The notes: generated from the sequence alone by a model not told the origin. DNA of 63,380 nt, filler included, from Sphacelaria rigidula (GCA_964200075.2; 8 parts of 8 records of this genome joined end to end with filler, not necessarily neighbours in it), one strand, 5' to 3'; numbered from the whole stretch's first letter, positions 38,030-51,405 are shown. Made by a program: numbers and translations.

Positions 38030-40749
38030 AAGAAACTGGAAATCAGGCTCAGCCTGAGTTTCTTGTTTTTCTCCAACACTAAGTGTGGCTATTGCTCAGC
38101 CATCGTTTAGGATTTCGTCTGGCGCCGGCCGCCGATCCTATTTTCTTGAGTCAAATTGCTTAATTTCTGAAAAATTTGAGCCTCGCTTTCTCGAAAATGT
38201 GTTCCTTATGAGTGGACCGACTGTCACAGAGTATCTTGATTACCCGCTCTCTGCAGACCGCGCCACTGCTTCCATGAACACCACCCCCGGTCGCTCACAA
38301 CCCACGATCTCCTCACTCTCTTCACTAGGCAGGATGGATCGTCAACTCGAGGAGATTGGTCGAGCTCCGTGCAACGACGATACTGGTGTTTGTAGGTCTT
38401 TTTTTCACATCGTGAAATGTGGTACCTTGCGTTCTGGTTATGTTTCCTCTCGAAAGCAACACGTTCGACTCTTTCTGTCGTGTGTTGATCCTCTATTTGA
38501 CACACACCTCGGAAAGGGCGGGGACTAATTCGGTGCCAAGTAATCTTCGGTTTGCGATACGTACTCGATGTCCGTTCCTTAAAGGCTTGTTTCATTTCTG
38601 AACTGGTGTTGGTCGAGAACTCATGCCCCTAGGCTTTTATTTACTCTTGTTGTGTTTCGAGTGACATTAATGAAGCTGTCTAATGCACAACGTTCGAACT
38701 CATGACCTTGTCTGATCGAGCGGCAGTAGAAGGGAGTTGCTAAAATGGGTCATCTGCGCAGTTCCATTTATGGATCCGTTTCGTCGTTGACGTGGCCCCG
38801 ATCAGTACCAGACTAGAGCTATGGTACAATCTCCCAGTTCTGCCGTGTCCGCTCGTTTGGACAAAGTTCAGACATGCGTTCAACCTTGTGTATTGCACAG
38901 CTCTTTAGGTAGTCGTGCGAGCAAACAAACACTTGACCGAACTCTTGAAAAAAACTAGATATTTTAACGGGCGCGAGAAGCTCAGTCCGTTGAAAGATCG
39001 AGTATGAGTGCGCCGGTGCCCCCCTCGCGCGGGGCTCAGCCTCTCGAGTGACGTCTTGCGTTGGTGCGCTCTGCTAGGTTGTCGTTGTCGACACCGCTTT
39101 TTGGGTGTTGTTTTAGCGATTGAGACGACGCCAGCTACATATGGATCGAGCCGGGGTGTACGAGATCGCGCGAGCGAGGAGGACGAGGGCGCTGTGACAA
39201 CGGCGACGACGGCTGTGGCTGGCTGCGCACCTACTTCTGGGTTTGGCTTGTGTTAGAGTTAGAGTATTCCCTTGTGGTGTCCTCCAGTAACTTGTTGGTG
39301 CAATGCGACGGCACGTACTTGAAACATGCAAGACTTATGTAAGCATTTGTTCAAATTATATCAAGAATCATAGTCGCTTCACCAATGTGACCAAAACAGA
39401 TTTCTGTGGCTGGTCAGACTGTGTGGGGCAGGTCCAAACATCGCCGGAAGAAGATATAACCTATCTTCACCATTGCCTGCAACGCGCGGACCCAGCAATC
39501 GACAGCCGATCCTAATTTTTGGGGTTGAAACATAAAATGAGGTTGAAGTCCCATCCCTCCATTGCAGGGAAGATACNNNNNNNNNNNNNNNNNNNNNNNN
39601 NNNNNNNNNNNNNNNNNNNNTTAATTAATTAANNNNNNNNNNNNNNNNNNNNNNNNNNNNNNNNNNNNNNNNNNNNTCACTGATTGACCGCTTTTCACTC
39701 TCAATCGTATCATCTACTCTCAATCTCACGAAAACATTGTTACACGTGGAATGGCGCAAAAGTTGCGTGGGTACCCCTTGGACCAGCGATCAAATTTTTT
39801 CTACCGTTTTGGGCAATCAGGCTGGAGAAATCGTGGATTTGGCGATTTTCAGTCGTGACCGTGAACGAATGCGACCGAAGCGGCGCAGCGCGAAACAGCT
39901 ACACACAGGAACACGAAAGCCACGGCCTGGGAATTTTTTCGTCGGAAAATCCGATCTCGCACGGTAAAAGATTGCTCGGATTCACGGCGCTCTTCGTGAA
40001 GTTCGACGACAAGGACATAATTCCTGGTCAGGTGGAGTGATCTGTGTCCGCTGTATCACTGTAGCTGACTCGAAGACTCTCTCGATCGATTTCAAACGCT
40101 GTGACAACATTTCGGTGGAAGCATTGCTGTGACCTCGCTACATCACAAGAGTTTCGGCAAAAGTCAGCGCATTCAAGACGCATAGCTGACCACGGACACC
40201 CCGTGGGATGCCTCAGACTCGGAAGTAAATAGTCGCTCGCGAGTTATCCAGGTACCAGATGCTTCAGCACACCAGCGCAGCAGCCATTTCCTCCGGTTTT
40301 CCACCTCTCAAGATATTGGGTATACCGCGAATGGTGATGACGTCACAACGGGGTGGCACTTGAGTTGGTCGCGGAGCAGTCAATGTGCGGTAATCGATCT
40401 ATCAGGCATGGCAACTGGGTTGGTCGTCCAGCAATATTTGTGCGGTAGTCGGATCAATCAATCTGTCGATACCATGGTATTCCTGGTGGAAGTACGTCTC
40501 CTGTCAAGGATAGCAAACGAGAAGGCTCTCCGTTTGGGACATCTCCGGTAGGGACTGTACATTTGGGCCCAGGCGTTTTCTCATGGAAGGGTTCCTGAAG
40601 TTAGGAGCTGCGCAAGACTATGGACCGACCAGGACAGACTGCCCGTGTTATAAAAAATCCATTCAAGAAATCCTTAGCCCATTGAAATGCTAGTCTTGGC
40701 GGGCTTCCACACACTTCACCAGTCGTTCTTTGGATGAGATCACCGTTTT

Positions 40750-41168
40750 CTTTTTTCATCACGTTGAACTCGGGGAAGCTACTTTTCATGTTTTTCTCGG
40801 CGTCTCTCTTCTTGTTCTCATTTTGGTACTGTTTTAGTTGATGGCGTTTGTTCTTGTAATTAGGCTGGAGCCTCGAAACATAAATGATGGAGGACTCCAT
40901 GTCTTGTAAGGAATAGCATGGACGGTATTGGAAAGACGAGCCTACGTCTCTGACAACGAGTTCGAGAGATCGGACTAATATGCGGAAATAATAATAGTGG
41001 TAGTAATAATAGTGGTAGTAATAATAGTGGTAATAATAATCATAATAATAATCATAATCATAAACATAATCATAATCATAATCATAATCATAATCATAAT
41101 CATAATCATAATCATAATCATAATCATAAACATAAACATAAACATAATCATAATAATGATAATAATAA
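40750..41168 (+). mobile_element. Family C 3' region with its tail expanded into a (TAA)/(CATAAT)n microsatellite
   Basis: GAGCCTACGTCT..CGGACTAATATGCGGAAATAATAA followed by about 180 bp of tri- and hexanucleotide repeat. Confidence 0.85.
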
Positions 41169-41231
41169 ATGTCTCCTAACAGTTCACACGTCGAACAACT
41201 CAACTCACCTCACCTCCAGATAGCTCATTTT

Positions 41232-41543
41232 CGTATAACTCAGTGGTACCTGTTTCCATTGTCTGAGTTTTCCCGTATGACTTACCGGTACCTATTTCCA
41301 CTCGCTAAACTGTACCGCATAATTCAGTGGCGCCTACCTCCACTGGCTGAGTTGTACGGTGTAACTAAGACGTGAATTTTTCCCCGGCCTGATTTACACG
41401 ATATACCCTCGGTGGTGCCTAGTTCCGCCTGCAGAGTTATGCCGTACGACTCAGTGGTACTATTTCCCACTGACCTCGTTGTACGGTGTCAATCAGCGGT
41501 ACCTCTCCCGGCTAGTTGAGTTATACCGCATACCTGAGTGAAC
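41232..41543. repeat. Degenerate 42-bp tandem array (about 7.5 units) of self-complementary units
   Basis: Approximate consensus CGTATAACTCAGTGGTACCTATTTCCACTGGCTGAGTTGTAC. Confidence 0.8.
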
Positions 41544-42334
41544 ACATGAGAGTTGTCCGACGTGTGTATCAATTCAAACCGAAAAAATATATTTTGTGCA
41601 ACCCTACCGTAGCATGGCTCAAACTCCACCGCTTTAGCTAGCCAGCTCCTCCTTGGTTGCGAGCACGACCATCAACGACAACGTAGCATGCAGTTCCGTA
41701 GTCCCCACGCCCCTGGTTATGCAATAGTCTTTGGCCACCGCCGAGGTTTTCCACGTTTCCCCAGTGGTCCATCAAGGGGTCATACTGGATACGTAGCGCC
41801 CACGGGTTTAAGATAGTTTTGTCTCTTATCCAACATCAAACCTGATCGGGTGCGAAAAAAGTGGTGTCTTCGATCTTCCCGAAGCCATGGAGAGACCAGC
41901 ACAGCAGGGGGGCTAAGTTACAGAGCTTATGATTCGTGGTTTTACTGCTAGCCCAACACTTGTGCTGCGTGCCTAATGGCCCGCTGGAGCAATGCTACGG
42001 TAGGGGTGCACTTTTTGCGCGAAATGTTGTCTAGTTCAGGGGCTCCTAACGATTCTAGATGCACAAGAATATATGGGTCAGGGCATCCCCGTTTGAAAAT
42101 TATTCCGGGATATCCCCAGCACGTTGAAGTAGTAAGCCTGGCGTACTCTCACATATTTTTATAAGTCGTGTTTTGCATGAGATGAAGGGCTCCCAACAAC
42201 TATAACCTCATGAAATATTTGTGCACCCTTACCGTAGCATCACTCGCTGTGTATTTTTTCGCGTTGGTCATCTTCCCACGCCCCCAGTCCCTCACGCTGT
42301 CTACTGTTCATGATCTGCAACGCTACGATCACAG

Positions 42335-42616
42335 ATGTCGCCCAGGAACAGAACCGTGGGCTATTGGCCGCCCCCCCAGCATTCGGCACCGCTGCACCAG
42401 CAGTCACTGTACCGTCGGCTGGCACGGCCCATGCAGCAGACGTACCCCTGGCGAAGGAAGCCGCGGTTACGGAGCAAGGGGGAGCACTGGCGACGTCGGA
42501 CGGAGGGATGGTGAAGGCAGATGCACAGTCGACGGCGTCGGACGCAGGGTTGACGACGGAGACTGTGTCCGGTGCTGCCCTCAGCGTTGATGACGTGACG
42601 GTCGTGACGCCCACAG
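42335..42616 (+). CDS. ABC transporter (ABCD/YddA-like), linker exon before the nucleotide-binding domain
   Basis: Ends AALSVDDVTVVTPT G|gtgag and joins the 43828 exon in phase. The 5' boundary (cacag|) is less certain. Confidence 0.75.
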
Positions 42617-43539
42617 GTGAGAGAGTGAGCCATCAGCTTTGCCGGCATGTTTTCGTACGGTTGCTTAGGCGTGATTGAGTGATTTTTTGGTCGATTGGTT
42701 GATTGATTGTTGCACTTTGGCTGACCCCTCAGGGAATTCCCTATCTGGCGCACGGCTGCGAGTGCATGCAAACTAAAACAGGGACTCGTCATATTCCAGA
42801 ATTTCCGGCGGAACTGGTTCTGCGCGTGGATCTTGAAAAATCGGTTGCAAAGTATTTTTCGTCCACCGGTAACCGATTTTGAGTTTGCTCTTGTTGTATA
42901 GTCTGTTCGCCACGAGCGCAGCAACACTGATTTGTGGAACGTATGACGTTCGGGTTCGGCTACAATCCCCAGCGTATACCATTGCATCAGCCACCCCTGC
43001 ATCGACCTCGTGTGCACCTTATAGCGCGTCTCCAGACGATTGCTCGTATTCTAAAAGCCGGCACAAGAGGCAAGAATTCCGGGGTGCACTTCAGAATATA
43101 CCGACTCCTCACGTATTGTAGGTGAACCTCGTCGTGGTGGAACAAAATAACGGGCAATTGATGAAGCATGAAGGACAATTGAGGTCCAGCTTTAGCTTGT
43201 GGTATTAATATGGATGCAGTCCCCTTGTATTTCGTTCGCGATTTTCCATACTCCCAGCCCCCAGTGCGTTTCTTCGACTCATATTCTAGTGCAGCTGGTG
43301 TTTTCATCCTTCATCAGAGAGTGCTGCTGACAGCCCTCTGGCCTAGTCATATATCCACGCCCTACTCCGCGTGTTACGTCTGTTCCGTGTGCTGTATGAG
43401 ATGGTAATTTCCCAGCTGATCTTGTCCAACAGTGGTCACCCAAGCACTTGTTGTACTCCTTTCATGGCCTCTGTACATGTACCCTAATCGGTACATGTAC
43501 CCTAATCCTACCGCCAGCACTCGTACCCCCAACACTAGC

Positions 43540-43750
43540 TCTACCATATGCAAGATAATTAGGACGCTCCGGGCCGAACGAGCTCGGCAGGGTGCATCTC
43601 ACCCTTCATGCGACTCGCCGAACGCGTCGCGGCGCGTCGCGATTGTGAGTGTGTGCCTGGTCCGGCGAAAACCCGGCGTGCTCCGTTACGGCTTTGTAGG
43701 GATGCGAGGTCAATGGTCTCATGACTGGAACATGCACGACCATGAGTACA
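43540..43750 (+). mobile_element. Family A1 copy, 5'-truncated, in an ABC transporter intron
   Basis: Ends CATGAGTACA. Flanked by a decayed duplication: CCCCCAACACTAGC (43526-43539) and CTCAACACAAGC (43751-43762). Confidence 0.8.
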
Positions 43751-43827
43751 CTCAACACAAGCGTGACCATGTCTATGACCCTATCGCTTGACCGTACTGT
43801 CGTGGGTTTGCTCCCGTGGCATTCCAG

Positions 43828-43953
43828 GGGGACGGGTGCTAGTGCAAGGTCTAACGTTCGCGCTCAAGCCGTCCGAGAGGATGCTCATCGTGGGGGAGTC
43901 GGGAGCCGGCAAGTCCAGTTTGCTGAGAGCCATGGCCGGCTTGTGGACCACGG
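43828..43953 (+). CDS. ABC transporter (ABCD/YddA-like), Walker A exon
   Basis: ccag|..MLIVGESGAGKSSLLRAMAGLWTT G|gtgag. Confidence 0.92.
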
Positions 43954-45336
43954 GTGAGGATACAATCCTACACCGTGTGTACTACATTTGTGCATGATGA
44001 AGGTGTTTTTGAATTCCGTCAGGCCTTTAGCGGTCGTGGTTCCTCAACCACTCAGATATGCGTACAGTAGCGGCTCCCTCATGAGAACTGAAAATCAGGC
44101 TCGGCCTGAGTTTGTTGTCTGACGCAAAAGCCTTTTGTGTTGGACGTAGTGTAGTGGTTGTCGCTGAGGCTGAACACTTTTCCTTGTGTTGTTTTTGGAA
44201 CTCTCACCCTGATTTTCCGACAAACGCGTTTCTTATGAGCGGGCCGCCACTGAATGATGACTTGTCTTCTGCCTAATGAAGCTTACAATAAATCCTTTCT
44301 GATTACCCATTCCCCACTTTCCCCCCGAAAATGTGTAGCGCCTCACCGCTTTGTGTCCGTGTTCGAAGGTGTTTGTATGATATGAGTTCTTGGGCCCACA
44401 GATGCAATCTTTTGAGAGCCTAAAATAAGCTTGTCTGGCAACACTGCTGGGTTTTTTTATTTGATTGATTGTCGCACTTTAGCTGACCCCCCCAGGGGTC
44501 CAGCCGTGGTCTCGTGATAGGCGTACCTAAGAAAAACAACACTGAAACACTTGCTGAAGAAAAGAAGGAACCGAAGAAAAAAAACAGTCGGAGAAAACGA
44601 CATAGTAGACTAAAACGTAACAAAAGAAAAAAAAAAGTCAACAAAAGCAAAGCACAGGAAGAAATGTTGTAGGACTGCGGTATGGAGAATCGAACGTCGC
44701 TGTTGCGTGTGAAAGTTATCCGCTAGCTCCTTTTTTTTCGCCCGGTCAATCAAGGTCAATAGCTGCTATGGTAGCTTGCTGTTGTATGGCAACTTCAAGA
44801 ATTGTGAACCCTCCATGGTGTTTTTAGGTGCGCCCATGACAAAAGATGGTATATTTCGGTCTTATACCCTCAAGGGTATGACTGGTAAAATAGCACTTGA
44901 TTTTTTTTTCGTGTTTCCTGTGCAAGTATGCACGCCGACAAAACGGTCCTGCGTCTGCTCATCCGCTTTCGAGTCTGCCACTATCATAACTCAATGTATG
45001 AAGTATTTTAACTGATGATGGAGCATGACACCAGCGGCGTTTTTCGGTACCCGCGTGCGTCGTCTGCAGCTAATCGTGTGACGAAGGGTTTCTCCCGCCA
45101 AGGTACCATGACCAAGGTCATGCGTCGACCCACCATTATGATCATCTGAACAACACCACAGTACAACACGAATCCGTAAGCCTAAGGTTATCTGTACGCA
45201 ATATGCGTTCACACCCGCTACATGCTCCGTACATTCAAATTGTTTCCCATCTCTCCACGCCGTAAACGGTCCCAACCTACCCCCTGCACACCTCACCCAT
45301 GGACGTGTAACATACGGTCGTCATCCATCCGGGCAG

Positions 45337-45590
45337 GCTCGGGGAAAATCGTCCGACCAACGACGAAGGAGATGTTCTTCCTGCCCCAGAGGCCCTACTG
45401 CACGCTGGGGCCGCTGCGAGATCAGATCACTTACCCGTCTAGCCAGTCGGATCAGGCCGCCTCCTCCAGCGTATCAGAAACGGGGGATGTAACCACTCTC
45501 AAGGAGGGGTTGGATCATGACGCGACTGCAGAGAAGGGTGCGTCTGAGGCTAGGAACGAGGATGATCTCCTTCTCGGGCTTTTGGAAAAG
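45337..45590 (+). CDS. ABC transporter (ABCD/YddA-like), Q-loop exon
   Basis: gcag|GSGKIVRP..MFFLPQRPYCTLGPLRDQITYP..LLEK|gtgcgt carries the ABCD signature, with consistent phase. Confidence 0.92.
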
Positions 45591-45840
45591 GTGCGTATGC
45601 AAAAATAGTTCGTAATGCCAAACGTATCGCCGAACATGATCCAGATGGAACGCTCTGGCCCTCGAGTTTGCGAAATAGGTACAAGCTCTGCGTGTTGTGG
45701 CGCCTAGAAAAGGGTACCGAGTAATTTGTGTGTACAGTGTCTTGACGGCTGCACTGCCGCAGGATTTTGGTTGAGATTGTGCAACAAGTCGCGCTGTATC
45801 TATCCTCTGTATCTTCCGCGGATGTCTAGCTCGCTCCTTA

Positions 45841-46318
45841 GGCCGCTCCTTATAACAGACGAAAATTAAAATCTGCAAAAGTGCCTTTTTGGAGCTTTTA
45901 CGTTGTTTTACGCCCCAAAAGAGAGCTAGGCGGAGTTTGACACCGTGGAATGATTTGCTCTAGTGGTTGAGGCGTTTGCAGGACATGTTCACGTTTTCCG
46001 ATGGCCGCAGTTTCTGTTTTGGCCAAACAAGAATTTTTGTCCAAGAACGGTGAAAAACAGTCAAGCCCAGAGAAATGTGGCGATTTTTTCTACGTTTGAC
46101 TGTGCTTTACTCATCTTGGACAATAATTCTTGTTTGGCCAAAAAGACACTGCGGTCACCGCAAAACGGGAACATGTCCAGGAACCGACTCAACTGGTAGA
46201 GCAAGTCATTCCAAGTTGTCAAACTCCGCCTGGCTCTCTTTTGGGGCGTAAAACGACGTGAAAGCTCCAAAAAGGCACGTTTCCAGATATCTATTCTTGT
46301 CTGTTATAAGAAGCGGCC
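45841..46318. mobile_element. Tourist-like foldback MITE
   Basis: TTA|GGCCGCTCCTTATAACAGAC...GTCTGTTATAAGAAGCGGCC with long palindromic arms. Confidence 0.85.
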
Positions 46319-47625
46319 TCGTCAGCAGGCTATTTCGCTGCTGGCTTCATCTTGCGATTGCTCAAGTCAAAACGGCGTCGCCCGTTTTTGCCGCCGCGCC
46401 GGGGTGATACGCTAGCACAACTTTAGGGCATGTCGTGGGGTCGAGTAGACAGGAAACAATCGTGAGATATTTTCCGATCTCGTTCGTTCGAAAACATGCA
46501 CGGTTCGGACGAATCATCGCCGGTTCGAATCACCATATCCACGATTTTTTCAGGCCTGATCGCTCGAAAGAGAGAAAAAAAGTCTACCGATGATGGTCAA
46601 GAAGGTTCTCACGCAACTTTTGTGCCATTCCGCGTGCCTGGGCTGCGCGTACGTGGGTTGCGACGCTGAAAACACAGCCCAAGGATTGATTCATACGGTA
46701 CAAATCAATCGTACTGAGATCAAGTCATTTCCAGACGGATCATTGATTCGTCCGACCCGTGAAAACATGAGATATCTTAGTTTGCTCAGTGCCGAGTACT
46801 CGAGGTGTTCAGTAGCATGTTCAGCTACTTTGCTGAGTAATTTAGACGTCGCAGTAGCATATTCAACTGTCATGCTGTTGGTTGGACACGACTCGAGACC
46901 GCATGTGTACGAGTATATATATTGTGTTTTCGAATCACAGATACAAAATATGACGCCCTCGTTCGTGCGGTTGGTGTGCGTCAAAGCTTGTTGAACTAAT
47001 GGTGAACTAGCATAGTCGCGGCAGCTGTCACACCGAACGTTGGAGTTGAAGAAACTGTGTTGAGAATGCTTGGAAACCCGCTGCCGACAGTACAGTCGTG
47101 CAATAGGCACAGCTCGACCCCATAGCGTTGATTTCATGGTGGATGTTTTAAACGCATATCGAGCTGTTCCCCGCCTTTGAATTTCGTCGTAGGGTTTTTT
47201 GCACGGGCTGCAGCATTGTATGAAAAAAACTGTTCGGAAAGTGCTTCGAACACTGCTCCGGGCGAAGTGGCAGTCAAATAGAATTAGCTCGACGCCAGAG
47301 CGTTGGCCGTCATCGCCGATTCTTGTCACGGGCCCGGCTGATGTCCATTGCTGCATTGACCTGTGGGGTCTTTCATGCATATCAATATTAAGCGACGAGG
47401 AAATATCTGTATTTTCCGGTGAATATCCGACTATCTGTTTTCATTTTTTTTTTCACACTTTGAACCCCTTCCCTTCCTCGGGATGAGTCCCTGGTCTTAA
47501 GGGATCAACCCNNNNNNNNNNNNNNNNNNNNNNNNNNNNNNNNNNNNNNNNNNNNTTAATTAATTAANNNNNNNNNNNNNNNNNNNNNNNNNNNNNNNNN
47601 NNNNNNNNNNNCCCCCCTATCGTAG

Positions 47626-47689
47626 CTCCGTCTCGAAAGGGATGCGTGGTCAATGGTCAAATGACTAAGGCAAGCAACAAATGAGTACG
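47626..47689 (+). mobile_element. Family A2 copy, 64 bp, inserted in the TIR of a Sola-like MITE
   Basis: Exact 14-bp duplication CCCCCCTATCGTAG at 47612-47625 and 47692-47705. Confidence 0.85.
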
Positions 47690-49962
47690 CCCCCCCCTAT
47701 CGTAGGATGACTCGTCTGATGAACACAGCGCTACGGTACCGTATCGACACTGGCTCCTTCAAATACCGTAACACACATACCTACACTATGATCGGTTTGA
47801 CACCGACCTGTCAAACAATTGGTATAGGTGACACGCGCGCGACGCGTTGCTGTTGCTGTTTCCTATTGGGATATACTTTCGGTACTACAACGCCGGTGCA
47901 ATGAGCTGGTTCTGGAACCAGCCAAGGTTGGTTTCATGACACATTTGTTCATGTGAACATGCATATGTGCGGACAGATATATGCTGACGCACGGGTACTG
48001 GTGGTCGAGTGTGTGTGACTGCCAGTCCATGCTGCGGGCAGCTGCGTCGCCGCCGCTTGCCCTCACTCTACATATGATCCCTCTATCATAGGATCGACTC
48101 CGTCAAGATACTCTCCAACAACACAATAGAGAAAACTATCCCTCTTTAGCCACGGGCTGAGGTACTGCGTGACTTGCACTTAATCTAAACTGCATTGCGG
48201 AGTGAAGTAAACGACATGAGGGTAGTGAGAGAGCCGGGGGATGTTGAAACCAATGGCATCCTCGATAGTGATGGTTCTCATGGTCGACAGAGGAGATCCA
48301 GAACAATCAGTGCAGTAGAGCGACGTAGTGCCGGAGTTCGAAGAGATCGCCAGCACATCGGAAGTTAAGCAAGCTCGCGACGCGGGGGGCAACGGGGCCA
48401 GACACGACCGAGCTAGGGGCTTTGTCCCCGAATGTGAGTCAGTATCTATGAACGATGCAAGTAGGAATGTGTCAGGAAAGACGCAGAGTATGCTCGATAC
48501 AGACATGAGTTGGTCAACTTCGCGAGGGGCGAAGGAAGAACTTGTGACTGGGTGTTTACCATAGCCGACGACAATTTGCACGACGTAGGTGTCGGTGACC
48601 CTGAATTATCACTGGGATACCTTGAAACTAGATACCGCAAAGACACAGAGGCAGCCCACGTGAGGGCGAGACGGATTCTTGTTGCCAGTTTAGGAGGAAA
48701 GAGGAAGCAAGATATCGTGCTCAGAGTTCACTCACCTGGTGCGGTCTGGAGAAAACTCGCGCATGTCTTCCGCCCCAAAACAAATGGGGCAAGAACCGCT
48801 TTGATGTAAACATTCGATGGAGTCAAGATTGGTGTTCGTGACAATTCAGAGCAGAAGCTACTCGAGATGGAAGAAATTGCACGAGACCTGAACTCATACG
48901 AGGGACATCAACCCCTAAGCGAAAATCATATCATCTTGAAAAACCTCAACCACTGGCCGTACGAGTATCACGTCCAGAAGCAGTTGCTGGAGGATCGAGA
49001 GGGGTCGCTGACACGGGAGGTTGTGCTAACCTCGGTCCGAAAGCGCTTCGAGTCGGCTACTTTGAAGCAAAAACTTGCCCGGGGGAAGAAGTCATCCCCG
49101 GGTAACTAGGCCCTCCTCGCCAGGAGTGGAACCGGAAATCCAAGCGGTGCCCATCGCAAGGGAAAATCGGGAATACCCCAGAGCTCCGGTCAAAAAAAGA
49201 TCGGGAGCCAGAGTTCAAGTAGCTCTAGGTCAACTTCGTCGAACGGAAAACCGGCGGCTGTGAAGCTGCTCTGCTGCCACGTTTGCGAAGAGGACACGAT
49301 GCACCGCGCCAGGGGCTACCCGAAGAGATACCGCGGCAGCTGCGGTCAACAGGGGCACAAGTTCTAGGACTCTACGAGATCGACCACGAAGAGTGAAGAA
49401 GTGGCGATGGCGATGGGTGCGGCCGATGACAGCAACGAATCCTTCATTTGCTTGAAACTCAGACGGGGAGGCTTTCACCTCTCTTGACACCACCATCAAC
49501 GATAAACCAGATGAGTACGCATTGTGTGTTGGGCAGAGGGATGATATCCAGCAAAGTGAGGGCGAACCGTGGGTATTTGACACGGGGGCTACCCAGCACT
49601 TCTCCCCCGATTCCTGTGGGATGATGGAGTACAGAGAGTGTCAGGGTAAGGTACTACGGTGCGCGGGTGGTAGTACGTACCCGATCGTAGGCAGAGGAAA
49701 TGTTTCTCTTGCTTTCAGATCTAACGGACAGGATGTGGTCCTCAAGTTAATGGATGTTGATCATGTGCCTGATATCCGTTATCACCTCTTGTCTCTCACA
49801 AGGATCCAAAACAATGGACACACCTACACTGGTTTTCGTAAAGATTTCAGGGTAGATCTCATTTCAGGCAATACACTCAAAAATAAGCGGACAAACTCGT
49901 CAACTGAAAATGTACACCCGCCGCCTTGACCAAAGTGGTATTGACAACAGTGCTTCGGTATA

Positions 49963-50408
49963 TAACACGGGATCTTAAAAATTGGGGATGGATCTTTTAT
50001 CGGGGATGAGAAGCCCGGAGAATTAAAATCTTCGTATCCACATCAAATCTTCAAAATATTGTTCCATTTCTCCACCTTATGATAGCTATTGACAACTGCT
50101 ACACGCCATAAACAAAATGGATCTCGATAACCGTAATGTTTGGGTCCTGGGTAAAGAGCCAATTTTGGGGAATTTCGGGTGTCCGAACGGACGCCAAATG
50201 GTTCCGAAATTGGTTTTTCCTCTAGGGACCCGATATTTCGGTTATCGAAATCCAAATTTCTAGGACGTGTAGCAGTTTTCAATAGCTATCAGTAGGCGAA
50301 GAAATTGAACCATATTTCGAAGATTTGGTGTGAATAAGAAGATTATAATTCTCCGGGTTTCTCATTCCCAATAAAAGGTACATCCCCAATTTGTAAGATC
50401 CCGTGTTA
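49963..50408. mobile_element. Foldback MITE inserted in copia pol
   Basis: TA|TAACACGGGATCTTA...TAAGATCCCGTGTTA|TA with imperfect arms of about 145 bp. Confidence 0.9.
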
Positions 50409-51405
50409 TATGCTGTGATTGCCCCGGGGGCTCCGCCTAGCCCTCCGATCGTTGCTGAAAACGATTTTCACTGTGCCCACGCCCGCGTTCGCGAGGACTT
50501 ACTGCGAAAGACCGCGAAGCAGCTGGGAGTGCAGCTGGCCGGGGAGTTGCAGCCCTGCCGCGGTCGCTCGGACGCGGAGGGCCTACGACGGCCGATTCCA
50601 AGATCGACGCACACGAGACAGGGTAAGTCAGCGTCTAGGGTGTTTGTAGATATTCCCGGCCCGAAACCATTCAAGTCTCACGCGGGAAAGTGGTACACGA
50701 TGATAGTCCGAGATAATTACTCACGGTTCACGCGAACCTGTAACTCCTCCGCACGAAGGGATAGGCAGAGCGATACTTGACAGAACACATCGTAGGGACC
50801 TCTCCAAGAAAAAGCGAGATAGTCCGTAGCGAGGACGGGGGTGAGTTCTCGGAGGATGCATTCGGTGAACTGTGCGACAGGGAGAAGATCAAGCAGGAAA
50901 AGACAACTACCGACTCACCCCAGTTCAACGGCGTTGCAGAGCGAGCGTTGGGTATAATCGAAACAGCTGGCCTTGCTGCAAAGATCCAAGCACTTGGGCT
51001 GTATCCACGACAGCGTATCCCAAACGATGACAACCTATGGGCTGAACAGGCACACTGGGCTTGTCATACCCTGAGCCGCACCGCTACCTCGGCTAACCCA
51101 AAGCGCAAATCACCACATTAAATGTGGTATGGATCACCACCGGACGGTAATCTCATTCCGTTTTCGAAGCCTGGCTTCTGTAGTAAGACGGGGACAAACA
51201 CATACAACCGAAGGCGGAAAAATGCTGGTATTTGAGCCCAGCTCCAGGCTTCCCGCGTGACGCGATGCGAGTTTTGACGGTACGAGGATCCATTACTGTA
51301 ACAAGACATGTAACATGGGCACGTGCCTTCGCGACTCCATCCCGCACACTACAGAAAGTCATCCAGACGCCGGGCGAGCCGAAGGATTCCAAAGTCGATG
51401 CAGGC

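Noticed and set aside
40601-41203. 200-aa Tyr/Asp-repeat ORF
   Set aside because: It is the translation of a microsatellite tail and its flanking repeat.
41232-41543. CRISPR array
   Set aside because: Units are homologous along their full length, there are no unique spacers or cas genes, and the context is eukaryotic.
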